Assembly (NCBI GenBank): GCA_039091535.1
Contig: JAWCLW010000005.1
Coordinates: 1 to 52,013 of the forward strand
Length of the DNA stretch: 52,013 bases
DNA from: Candidatus Aenigmatarchaeota archaeon
Lineage (GTDB): Archaea > Aenigmatarchaeota > Aenigmatarchaeia > GW2011-AR5
Direction: 5' to 3'
The notes beneath the pieces were generated by a model. The model ran no database searches and was not told the origin of the DNA. It saw only the letters and a program-made list of their open reading frames with translations. Below, in pieces: positions 1-9,459 of the stretch; within the stretch, counting starts at the first letter, position 1; each line of letters starts with the position of its first letter. A program made the translations under genes and the position numbers.

Positions 1-471
1 CAAGAAGCGTATAAAGCTCCCGTTCCACCACCGATATATATTTGTGGTTCAGCTCAGGTACGCGCTACTGTGGTCTCATCTTTTACTGCACCTGAATTTG
101 AATCGCCTTATATAACGGTTAATTTGACAAATATTTCTTATTATGAATTTGGTAAATCAACAGAGCAATTAATTAATAATAGTGATGTAATCAAAATTTA
201 TCTAATTGGCGAAGTTAATTATTCAAAATGTTTTAGACATGAATGTCCTTCACAAACTGAAGGTAAGCCACAATTACCATGTCAAATTATTTCATTACCA
301 TGTACAGATGAAGACAAGTATGGTTCCTGGATATCCTACAATTTAAAAGAAAGGGACAAGATAGAATTATTTATTCAAGGCAAAGCATATGGAAATTGTA
401 ATTTTAAAGAGAATCTACATTGGGAAGCAGAAGACTCTAAAATCCTCCGTATAACTGTAATTTTTGACTAA
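1..471 (+). CDS. Hypothetical Cys-containing protein, 5'-partial
   Basis: Frame is open from base 1 (QEAYKAPVPPPIYICG...) to TAA at 471. Several N-x-S/T sequons; no recognised family. Confidence 0.6.
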   Translation, partial: QEAYKAPVPPPIYICGSAQVRATVVSSFTAPEFESPYITVNLTNISYYEFGKSTEQLINNSDVIKIYLIGEVNYSKCFRHECPSQTEGKPQLPCQIISLPCTDEDKYGSWISYNLKERDKIELFIQGKAYGNCNFKENLHWEAEDSKILRITVIFD

Positions 472-486
472 TTTAATTTATTTGAA

Positions 487-1080
487 TCAACCCTTCAAAA
501 GATGGTTAAGATATGGCAAAATAACATCCTTTGCAGTGTGAGATGAATTTGCCCAAAATGCGATATCCTGTGACTCATGAACTTTGTCATCTGTCAATGA
601 GACAACAACATGCTCGCCATCAACAACATATATCATTCCACTTGCCTGTTTGATTGGCTTTACATCAGCTATCTGAGAAAACATCTTCAGCATCTCTGCA
701 TTTGTCTGAGGTGCAAGTATCTTGAGTTTAACACCTCTCTTGACAACCTTCTTTAGAATCCTGAAATGATTGCTGTGTATATCCTTTAGCCCTCTTTCTG
801 TTGTAAGCACAAATATGTCCTTTTTGGCTGACCTAAACAGGCTCTGAAGTTGTCTGTTTATGTTGTTTCTTCCCTTCAGCGTGCCTGTTATTTCTTCAGA
901 TTGTATGAATGAAAGGCCTTGTTTGAATATGCCCTCTAGTTCATTCATCACCGAAGAACCCTTCAATCTATCAATCCTCTCAATCATTGCTTCATGGTCT
1001 TTCTGCATCTTGTCTTTGACCCTCTCAAATGCCTCGGATGGCTTTATAGCAACATACTTTAGCGGTTTTGATGGCTGGAC
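487..1080 (-). pseudogene. TrmB-family transcription regulator lacking its N-terminal wHTH
   Basis: Frame extends upstream of the ATG at 1008 as VQPSKPLKYVAIKPSEAF (end of the TrmB wHTH/wing) and hits TGA at 1102-1104. C-terminal domain has RGVKLKIL...IYVVDG. Confidence 0.7.
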
Positions 1081-1554
1081 ATATCTTTTTACATATTTCG
1101 ATCAGGTCCCTGCAACCCTCTATTGCATGGTCACCTATCACACCAACACAAGCAATCCATGCATTTTCTCTTACCGGTATGCCAATCTGTTCGAGGATTC
1201 TATAAATTATATAGCTTGTTGATAGATAGACACTCGAAGTGAGCATTGGATTTATGTAAAGGGTATTTTCAGCATTCAAATCTTTTTCAGGTATGTGGAT
1301 GGTCTATGATAAGGTTGCTTTCAATTTCTTTTTCAATGTCTCAAATTCTCTCCATTCCTGGTCTATTGATAGATCAAGAAAGCATAACAAGTCTGGCTTC
1401 TTTTTCAAAATACTATCTATGAACGTGGTGCTAAGGATGGTCCCTCCATCACATTTGCATCGAATTTGTAATATTTCAACATGAATGCAGCAGAGCACAC
1501 ACCATCAGCATCTTGATGATAAAAAAGTTCCCTTTTCCCGCCTAACTCAAGCAT
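1081..1554 (-). pseudogene. DHH-family (RecJ-like) phosphoesterase, frameshifted N-terminal fragment
   Basis: Across three frames: FYHQDADGVCSAA, CFLDLS, IIDH(+1 nt)HIP, YINP, ACVGVIGD. Truncated where the TrmB fragment begins. Confidence 0.75.
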
Positions 1555-1559
1555 GGACG

Positions 1560-2134
1560 AATGAAAATATTTTGAATACAAAATTTGAAGAGAAATTACA
1601 TCTTGCAAAAAAGTCATTGAGACTGCCTTTAGTTTTGAGCAAAGAAGAAATAAACAAGATGATAGAAGCTACAAACAATTTGAAGCACAAGCTTGTTATC
1701 ATGTTTCTTTATTATGCTGGCTTGCGTCTGGATGAGGTAAGAAATCTCATATGGGAAGACATAGACTTTGACAGAGAAATAATCCATTTAAAAACAGCAA
1801 AGGGAGACAAAGAAAGAATTGTGTTTCTTTATAAAAAACTGATTAATATGTTGAAAATGTATGGAACTAAGGAAGAAGGACTTATTTTTGTTTCTCAATG
1901 GGAAAATACAACAAGCGGACAATCCAACAGGTTGTCAAATATGCTTCCAAGAAAGCAGGCATCTGGAAAAGAGTTACTCCCCATACTTTAAGGCACAGTT
2001 TTGTCACTCATTTATTGGAATCTGGCGCTGATATTCGATACATTAAGCAGTTATTAGGCCATAAAGATTTGAAAACGACACAAATCTACACTCATATAAC
2101 AAATAAGGATAAGAAACTTGCAAATCTGCTTTAG
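1560..2134 (+). pseudogene. Xer-like tyrosine recombinase/integrase, N-truncated and frameshifted at ~1900
   Basis: LPLVLSKEE, YYAGLR, AKGDKER in one frame. HTLRHSF, LLGHKD, TTQIYTH in the -1 frame. No N-terminal SAM-like domain. Confidence 0.85.
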
Positions 2135-2175
2135 GCTTTAGAGTTTTTTTAAGTAGAAGATTAATTACTTACAAT

Positions 2176-2437
2176 AAGTTAACAGAACCGTGTAGAGTGA
2201 CATTAAAAAGGGTTATATAAATCTTGATAAAGTTATGTCGAAAGATATTGAAATTCTATATGATATAGAAAAGCCTCTACCATTTAGAGATAAATGAATT
2301 CGAGAAAATATTAGCTTACAATATACTTGAGCATGTAAATTATCCACATTATGAAGAAATTGCATAGAGTCTTGAAGAATGGTGGGATAGTAAAGATATG
2401 TGTCCCACATTTTAATTCAAGAATTGCGTTTTGGTGA
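2176..2437 (+). pseudogene. Class I SAM-dependent methyltransferase remnant
   Basis: Joined frames read SDIKKGYINLD...DIEKPLPFRD/NEFEKILAYNILEHV/IMKKLHRVLKNGGIVKICVPHF, with two frameshifts. Confidence 0.75.
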
Positions 2438-2452
2438 TTACCACAACCCAAA

Positions 2453-3397
2453 TTAAGCTTTTTTATTTTCATATATACCTCTTTTTAATTGTTTTTTAAT
2501 AAATATTTCCATTCTTTTGTTATTTTTTAGATTCATATCAGCGAGAAGACCAAGTATTATAATCTGTATACCAAGCAGAATTAGGAATGCAGCAAGAACA
2601 ACTGAAGGTAAATGAATAATTTTGCCATAGATTATTTTTTCATACAAGATTAAACTTACTGGCCACAATGAGAATAATAGAAAAAATATTCCAATCATTC
2701 CAAAGAAATATATTGGTTTTGTGTCTCTCAGTAATAAAATAATTGTTTTTAAAATCAAGAATCCATCACGAATTGGGTGCAGTTTTGTTTTGCCAATTCT
2801 TTTTTTATAAAATAATGGAATTTCAAGTATTCTAAAATTATTTCTTATTGCTTCTATTGTAATTTCTGTTTCAATTTCAAATTTGTTGCTTAAAAGAATT
2901 ATATTGTCTAATTTCTTTTTGTTAAATGCTCTATATCCACTTAACATGTCAGTTATTTTTTTATTAAATAACCATTTAACAAAGAAGCTAAATATCTTGT
3001 TTCCTATTATGTTAAAATGAGATATAGAGTCTTTTTCTCTATATTTTAAACGTGTAGCAACAACCATATCAGCTCTGTTATCTAGTATTGGTTCTACAAG
3101 TTCATTCATTTTTTCTGCATCGTATGTCCCATCACCATCTATTGTAACAACAACTTCTGCATCTATTTTTTCTAGCGCCTCTTGTATTGCAGAACCTTTT
3201 CCAATACTTTCTTGCAAAATAACATTAGCACCACACTTCTTTGCTATATTTACTGTATTATCAGTAGAGTTACCATCTATAATTAGAATAGAGACAGATT
3301 TGTTCCTAATTTTTTTTGGTATTTTTTCTATAACGTTCTTTATACTTTTTTCTTCATTTAATGTAGGTATTATAACATAAATGTCATCTTTAAACAT
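2453..3397 (-). CDS. GT2 glycosyltransferase (polyprenol-phosphate glycosyltransferase-like) with C-terminal TM helices
   Basis: IIPTLNEE, DGNSTDNT, GKG, IDGDGTY, DMLSGYRAF, FEIETE; two hydrophobic C-terminal segments. Confidence 0.9.
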   Translation of the reverse strand: MFKDDIYVIIPTLNEEKSIKNVIEKIPKKIRNKSVSILIIDGNSTDNTVNIAKKCGANVILQESIGKGSAIQEALEKIDAEVVVTIDGDGTYDAEKMNELVEPILDNRADMVVATRLKYREKDSISHFNIIGNKIFSFFVKWLFNKKITDMLSGYRAFNKKKLDNIILLSNKFEIETEITIEAIRNNFRILEIPLFYKKRIGKTKLHPIRDGFLILKTIILLLRDTKPIYFFGMIGIFFLLFSLWPVSLILYEKIIYGKIIHLPSVVLAAFLILLGIQIIILGLLADMNLKNNKRMEIFIKKQLKRGIYENKKA

Positions 3398-3473
3398 TTA
3401 ATCACTTTATAAAGTTACTATGTATAGGAATTTTTTAAATGTTTAATTTATAGAATATCTTTCGTGATTTTAT

Positions 3474-4373
3474 ATGAATATGGATTTTGAATATATAAAA
3501 TGTAATTTATGTGGAAATAATGATTATACCATATTATACGATAATATGGGAATTCCATGCATTAATGGGTTTAAGGCTTCTGGTAATGAGATAAGCAAAG
3601 ACAGAATCGTAAAATGCAATATATGTGGACTTATTTATGTTAATCCGAGACTTAAAGAAGACATTATTTTGCTTAGTTATTCTAACGGTAAGGATGAAAA
3701 ATTTGTTTCTCAAAATAAATGGAGAGAGATGACATTTAAAAAATCGATGAAATTGATAAATAAGTATGCAAAAAAAGGTAGGCTATTAGATATAGGTACA
3801 GCAGGAGGAGCTTTTTTGCATGTTGCAAAAAAAGATGGATGGAATGTTTATGGAATTGAACCAAATAAATGGCTTTGCGATTGGGGTTTAAAACATTATG
3901 GAATCAAAATAAATCCAGGCACATTATTTGATTATAAATATCCAGACAATTATTTTGATTTGATAACTTTATGGGATGTGCTCGAGCATGTTGGCAACCC
4001 AATAAAAATGTTGAAAGAATGTCATAGAATCCTAAAAAAAGATGGAATTTTGCTTATTAATTATCCTGATATAGGAAGTGGTATAGCAAAAATAATGGGA
4101 AAAAAATGGGTTTTTCTACTTTCTGTTCATTTGTTTTATTTTACAAAAGACAGTATAAGACAAATGCTTGAAAAATCTGGTTATGAAATAATAAAGATAA
4201 AACCACATATTCAGACATTGAGCCTTGGTTATTTAGCAGAAAGGATGGAACCATATAACAAATCGATTTCAAAATTTTTAATAAAATTTGTAAAAGGAAT
4301 TAGAATTGACAATTTTGAGATACCTTATTGGCTTGGTCAGAGTTTAGTTTTGGCGAGAAAGGTGGATAAATGA
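3474..4373 (+). CDS. Class I SAM methyltransferase with N-terminal Zn-binding CxxC pairs
   Basis: CNLC...CNIC, LLDIGTAGG, FDLITLWDVLEH. Confidence 0.88.
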   Translation: MNMDFEYIKCNLCGNNDYTILYDNMGIPCINGFKASGNEISKDRIVKCNICGLIYVNPRLKEDIILLSYSNGKDEKFVSQNKWREMTFKKSMKLINKYAKKGRLLDIGTAGGAFLHVAKKDGWNVYGIEPNKWLCDWGLKHYGIKINPGTLFDYKYPDNYFDLITLWDVLEHVGNPIKMLKECHRILKKDGILLINYPDIGSGIAKIMGKKWVFLLSVHLFYFTKDSIRQMLEKSGYEIIKIKPHIQTLSLGYLAERMEPYNKSISKFLIKFVKGIRIDNFEIPYWLGQSLVLARKVDK

Positions 4374-5851
4374 AAGTTGTTTTAATAAACCCAAACATAG
4401 TAACACAAAAAAATGATTTTTTTGGTACTGGAATACCATATATGCCAATAACATTGGCTTATGCAGCAAGTTATCTCAGAAAAAAAGGTCATGAAATTAG
4501 TGTAATAGATGCATTTGGTGAAAATCCATGGAAGTTGAGAAAAATAGATGACAAATATATTCAGGGTCTTGATACGAATGAAATCATTAAAAAAATTGAT
4601 AAGAATACAGAAATTATATGCATATATGCTGGTCTTGTCGTGACACATGAAATAAATCTTGAAATAATAAAAAATATCAGAAAAAAATTTAATATTCCAA
4701 TAGTTGTTATAGAGAACACACAATCAGTTGTTGCCTATTCATTAAAAAATATTTTTATAGATTTTTTTAATTATGGTGCAAATTATGTTATTACTGGTGA
4801 ACCTGAAATAAGATTAGAAAAACTATTGAATTGCTTAGAAAAGAAAAAAAGTCTTAAAACAATAGATGGTTTGATTTTTAAAAAAGATGGTAAAATAATA
4901 ATTAATAAAAAAAAGAGTTTTATAAAAGATCTAGATGCTCTGCCATTTCCTGCTTGGGATTTATTTCCTTTAGAAAATTATTGGAAATTGGGATATGCTC
5001 ATGCACCATTATCATCAAAGAAATATTTACCAATGTTGACATCACGTGGCTGTATATATGATTGTGAATTTTGTATAATTCCAGAAATGAATAAAAGAAG
5101 ATGGAGATTCAGAAGTCCTGAAAATATTGTTGATGAAATTTTATATTGGAATAAAACTTATGGTATAAGAGAGTTTCATATAGAGGATTTGAATCCAACA
5201 ATTTCAAAGAAAAGAATAATTGATTTATCCAAACTTATTATCAGAAAAAAAATAAATATAAAATGGAAAATAGCCGCAGGAACAAAAATAGAACATATAG
5301 ACAAAAATACATTGAAGTGGATGAAAAAATCTGGTTGTAATTACATATCTTTTTCTCCGGAGTCTGGATCAAAAAATGTTTTAGAATTAATGCACAAACC
5401 TTTTGATCATCTATATGGATTAGAGATTGTTAAAAAAATGAAAAACAATAAAATAAAAACACAAGCCTGTTTTGTAATCGGTTTTCCAGGAGAAAATGAA
5501 AAAGATTTGAATGAAACAAAAAGATATATAAAAAAACTTACAAAAAATGGTCTTGACGAAGTTGCAATATTTATAATGACACCAATACCAGGTTCAAGAC
5601 AATACGGAAAAATTTCTGGTTATAAAAAAATTGATCAACTCACATTTACACCTATATGGAGAAGCGACTTCAAAAAACTTAATGATTTTAGAATTAAAAT
5701 TTATATAAAATTTATTTTGTGGAAACTTATTTACAATCCATTAAGCTTATTTAGACAATTTATTAGTTTGCTTATTGGAAGATATGAAACAAAGAGTGAG
5801 ATGACAATTATAAGAATTTTAAAGATGAACTGTGGAAGATGGTTTAGATGA
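4370..5851 (+). CDS. Cobalamin-binding radical SAM protein (class B methylase-like)
   Basis: N-terminal B12-binding-like domain, TSRGCIYDCEFC (CxxxCxxC), ESGS, IGFPGE. Confidence 0.9.
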   Translation: MKVVLINPNIVTQKNDFFGTGIPYMPITLAYAASYLRKKGHEISVIDAFGENPWKLRKIDDKYIQGLDTNEIIKKIDKNTEIICIYAGLVVTHEINLEIIKNIRKKFNIPIVVIENTQSVVAYSLKNIFIDFFNYGANYVITGEPEIRLEKLLNCLEKKKSLKTIDGLIFKKDGKIIINKKKSFIKDLDALPFPAWDLFPLENYWKLGYAHAPLSSKKYLPMLTSRGCIYDCEFCIIPEMNKRRWRFRSPENIVDEILYWNKTYGIREFHIEDLNPTISKKRIIDLSKLIIRKKINIKWKIAAGTKIEHIDKNTLKWMKKSGCNYISFSPESGSKNVLELMHKPFDHLYGLEIVKKMKNNKIKTQACFVIGFPGENEKDLNETKRYIKKLTKNGLDEVAIFIMTPIPGSRQYGKISGYKKIDQLTFTPIWRSDFKKLNDFRIKIYIKFILWKLIYNPLSLFRQFISLLIGRYETKSEMTIIRILKMNCGRWFR

Positions 5852-7230
5852 AAAGGGCTGTTATTTTAGGTGCTGGGATATCTGGACTTGTGGCAGCAAA
5901 TGAACTTGCAAAAGTGGGTATAGAAACAATAATATTAGAAAAAAGTGATACAGTTGGTGGTTTATGTGCAAGTTTCGAATATAAAGATTTTATTTTTGAT
6001 TATGGACCACATAAACTATATTCTCAGATACCAGGATTGATGAATTATATAAAAAATATACTTGGCGATAAATGTGTGATTGTTAAAAAAAGGAACAGCA
6101 TAAGACTTTTTCGAGATTATTTAAGATTTCCAATAGTTATAAAACAAATACCCTATGTTTTTGGATTGAATAATCTTATAAAAATATTTTTTAGTTATTT
6201 AAAGGCTAAGATAAAAAATGTTTTAAATAAAAAACCAATAATTTCGTATGAAGATTATTTTGTAAATAAATTTGGATCGTACATTTATTCTATTATGTTC
6301 AAGGAGTTTGCATATAAGGTATGGGGTGAACCAAAAAGATTATCAGAAGAACTTGCAAGAAGAAGAGTACCTATAAGTAGTATATTTTCTATGATAAAAA
6401 GAAAAGAAAAAAATAAAATAAGTGCTGATTATTTTTTCTATCCACAAAAAGGTATTGGTGAATTTTGTAATATAATTGCACAAGAATTTATAAAAAATGG
6501 TGGAAGAATTTTATTTAATACTAAACCAAGTAAAATAATCATTGAAGATGGAAAAGTTAGATTTTTGGAATATGTAAAAAACAAAGAAAAAAGAAAGATA
6601 AAAATAGATTATGTTATATCAACCATACCAATAAATGAACTTATTTATTTATTTGATACTATACCTGAAAATGTTAGAAAGGCTGCCAAAGATTTAAATT
6701 ATAGGTCTTTAATGCTTTTTTATATAATCTTAAATAAAGATAGAGTTCTCAAGGACAATTGGATATTTTTTCCAGAGAAAAAATATATAATTAACAGAAT
6801 TTCCGAACAAAAAAGCTTCAGTATACTTACAGCGCCAACAAATAAAACAAGCATAATAGCAGAAGTTACATATAATTCAAATGATAAGAAATTTCACAAA
6901 GAAAAAATAATTAAAAATGTAATTAACGATTTAGAAAAAGCAGGCATAATAAAGAGAGAGTGGATCGATGAGTTTTTTGTCAAAAAAATTGAAAACATTT
7001 ATCCAATATATAACATTGGATTTAGAATAAATCTCAATATAATATTTGATTTTATTCAAGATATAGAAAATCTATATACAATAGGTCGATACGGTCTTTT
7101 TAATTATAATAATATGGATCATTGCATAGATATGAGTATGCGTACTGCTCAGCATATTATTTCTGGTGGATCAAGAGAAAAATGGAGAGAACTTGTTAAA
7201 AGTTTCAATAATTATAGAATTATTGATTAA
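5848..7230 (+). CDS. FAD-dependent oxidoreductase (protoporphyrinogen oxidase / UDP-galactopyranose mutase-like)
   Basis: GAGISG, EK..VGG, FDYGPH, YPIY, GRYGLFNYNNMDH. Confidence 0.85.
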   Translation: MKRAVILGAGISGLVAANELAKVGIETIILEKSDTVGGLCASFEYKDFIFDYGPHKLYSQIPGLMNYIKNILGDKCVIVKKRNSIRLFRDYLRFPIVIKQIPYVFGLNNLIKIFFSYLKAKIKNVLNKKPIISYEDYFVNKFGSYIYSIMFKEFAYKVWGEPKRLSEELARRRVPISSIFSMIKRKEKNKISADYFFYPQKGIGEFCNIIAQEFIKNGGRILFNTKPSKIIIEDGKVRFLEYVKNKEKRKIKIDYVISTIPINELIYLFDTIPENVRKAAKDLNYRSLMLFYIILNKDRVLKDNWIFFPEKKYIINRISEQKSFSILTAPTNKTSIIAEVTYNSNDKKFHKEKIIKNVINDLEKAGIIKREWIDEFFVKKIENIYPIYNIGFRINLNIIFDFIQDIENLYTIGRYGLFNYNNMDHCIDMSMRTAQHIISGGSREKWRELVKSFNNYRIID

Positions 7231-8436
7231 GTGATTAAAATGACTATACAAGCAAAGATAAAGGTGGCAATGAAAATTTTAGATATTTTTGATAATTTAA
7301 TACGCTATATAAAACCAAACAAAAAAATTAGAATAAATAAAATAAAAAAGATATTGATTATAAAGAGTGATAAGCTTGGCGATGCAGTTAATTCTATATT
7401 TATAATATCTTCAATAAAAAAGTCTTTACCAGATAAAGAGATTCATATTCTTGCATCTGATAAAAATTCATTTATTTTTAATGAATTATACAAAGAACAT
7501 GTAATAAGAAAAAAATATATTTTCAAAAATAGCAATATATTAAATCTTAATGTGAACAAAAATTTTCCTATTGGATATATAAAATATCTAAAACTACTTT
7601 TTAGCAAAAATTATTTTGAATTAATAAAAAAAATAAAAAAGGAGAAATATGATTTGGTAATTGATCTTGTTGGAAAAAGACATTTGGCTATCCTATCAAA
7701 ACTAATTTCAAAAAGAACAATAGGCCCAAAGATTTCTGGCTTCACATGGCTATATGATTATGGTTTTGATAGATCGTGGACATATGAAAGTAAAAAGCAT
7801 ATTATAGAAAATTGGAAGGATCTAATAGATGAGGCATTGGGTATAAAATTAAATATAGAAAATGTTAAAATACCGATAAAAAGAATAAAGTCTGATATCC
7901 ATAAAAATTATATTTTATTTCATATTGGAGGTACAGATATAAGACGTTTTGAAAATGAGAAGATAATAAATATAATAAATAGAACTTCTTTATTATCAAA
8001 AATCTTTATAATAGATGATGTTGGACAAAGACATATAAAAGAAATAGAAAATGAGATAAAAAATAGAAATGTTACTTTTATAAAAATAAATTATTCATTA
8101 CCTCAATTAGCATGGCTTGCAAAAAATTCTAAACTATTTATTACATTTGATGGTGGGCATATGCATTATCTTTCTATGTTTACAAAAACTTTAGTTTTCT
8201 GGAGCTGTGGTGTTCTTGAGGCATGGATGCCATGGGATGGTTCAAAATATTCTTTGATTAAAAAATATCCAAATAAAACAATGGTTTTTAAATCAAAAAA
8301 TAAAGGACATAGGGTTCTTGTATATCCTACGATATATAGGCCTTGTTTTGATATTGGTTGTAAAAATAGAGAATGTTTGAAAAATATAAAATTAGAGCAA
8401 ATTATGGAAAATATAAAAGAAATGATAAGTGAATAA
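7231..8436 (+). CDS. GT9 glycosyltransferase (heptosyltransferase-like), divergent
   Basis: IIKSDKLGDAV, KYDLVIDL, FITFDGGHMH, C-terminal PC..C..C. Start may be ATG 7240. Confidence 0.8.
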   Translation: MIKMTIQAKIKVAMKILDIFDNLIRYIKPNKKIRINKIKKILIIKSDKLGDAVNSIFIISSIKKSLPDKEIHILASDKNSFIFNELYKEHVIRKKYIFKNSNILNLNVNKNFPIGYIKYLKLLFSKNYFELIKKIKKEKYDLVIDLVGKRHLAILSKLISKRTIGPKISGFTWLYDYGFDRSWTYESKKHIIENWKDLIDEALGIKLNIENVKIPIKRIKSDIHKNYILFHIGGTDIRRFENEKIINIINRTSLLSKIFIIDDVGQRHIKEIENEIKNRNVTFIKINYSLPQLAWLAKNSKLFITFDGGHMHYLSMFTKTLVFWSCGVLEAWMPWDGSKYSLIKKYPNKTMVFKSKNKGHRVLVYPTIYRPCFDIGCKNRECLKNIKLEQIMENIKEMISE

Positions 8437-8438
8437 AT

Positions 8439-9446
8439 ATGGGAAAAATTGCATGTATAACTTTCAATTATCTACATAAAAATACCGAATTATCAGCAAA
8501 ATCAATAGGTGCTGATATATATAAAGTAACAAAGGAACATGGCTCTAAAGCAACTGCGATATTTCGTTCAATTTGGCTTTCGATAAAACTAAAGAAATAT
8601 GAAACTTATTTAATAGATGCCGCGTGGGCTTTATTTATTCCATTAATTAAAAGACTAATTTTTAGAAATAAGATAATGGTCATTTATAGACTTAATAATC
8701 CATTCTTTAATGATACATGGTTTTTAAAAAATAAGAACCCATTTGAAAAGTTTATTATAAAAATTTTGAGAAAACAGGTCGATGGTATTATTGCTGTTTC
8801 AAGTGTTACTGCAAATGATGCAAAAATTCATAGAAAACCATATGTAATTGCATATTCTATGCTAGAAAATTTAGATGAATTTCTAAAAATAAAACCAAAT
8901 CTTAATACAAACAATTTTCTTACGATGGGCTATGCACCATACAAAGCTTTTGATATCACATTATCCGTTTTTCATGAAATAAGGAAGCATAAACCTGATT
9001 CAAAACTAATCTTTCTTGGTAAATATTCAAATAATGATATAAAAAAATATTATAAAAATTTAGATATGACTAATGTTGTCATTTGTGGTTATGTGAAAGA
9101 TGTTAAAAAATATCTTGAAGGTGCAAGCTATTTTATTGAATTTCCACATTATGAACCAGGACCAACATCTGTTTTGGAATCTATGGCAGCAGGTTTAATT
9201 TGCTTTTCTAATGAAAATCTAGGTCACAAGGATTTCATTAAAAAAGTTTCAAAGGATTTAATAATAAAATCCAAAGATCCAAAAAAGATAGCTAATGAAA
9301 TAATTAAAATAGTTGGTAATAATAAAAAGAAAAAAATAATTAGTAAAAAAAGTAAAGAGATAGCAAAATTATTCAGAAAAGAATATAGATTAAGAATGTT
9401 TAGAAAGGCATTTTTCAATATTTTATCAAAATTAGAACCACATTAA
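8439..9446 (+). CDS. GT4 glycosyltransferase
   Basis: DGIIAVS; E-x7-E motif in YEPGPTSVLESMAAG. Confidence 0.85.
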   Translation: MGKIACITFNYLHKNTELSAKSIGADIYKVTKEHGSKATAIFRSIWLSIKLKKYETYLIDAAWALFIPLIKRLIFRNKIMVIYRLNNPFFNDTWFLKNKNPFEKFIIKILRKQVDGIIAVSSVTANDAKIHRKPYVIAYSMLENLDEFLKIKPNLNTNNFLTMGYAPYKAFDITLSVFHEIRKHKPDSKLIFLGKYSNNDIKKYYKNLDMTNVVICGYVKDVKKYLEGASYFIEFPHYEPGPTSVLESMAAGLICFSNENLGHKDFIKKVSKDLIIKSKDPKKIANEIIKIVGNNKKKKIISKKSKEIAKLFRKEYRLRMFRKAFFNILSKLEPH

Positions 9447-9459
9447 ATGGTGAAAAAAA

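Noticed and set aside
860-1484. Plus-strand ORFs 860-1222 and 1293-1484
   Set aside because: Antisense shadows of the TrmB and DHH fragments.
1560-2134. Integron integrase or programmed -1 frameshift
   Set aside because: No IntI-specific insertion between the catalytic boxes, no attC-like array seen, no in-frame X XXY YYZ slippery site, and the N-terminus is missing.
2211-2243. dif-like site (ATAA...TTATGTCGAAA)
   Set aside because: The spacer is not 6 bp, and the sequence is explained as methyltransferase codons.
2213-2410. Minus-strand 65-aa ORF
   Set aside because: Antisense to the methyltransferase pseudogene.
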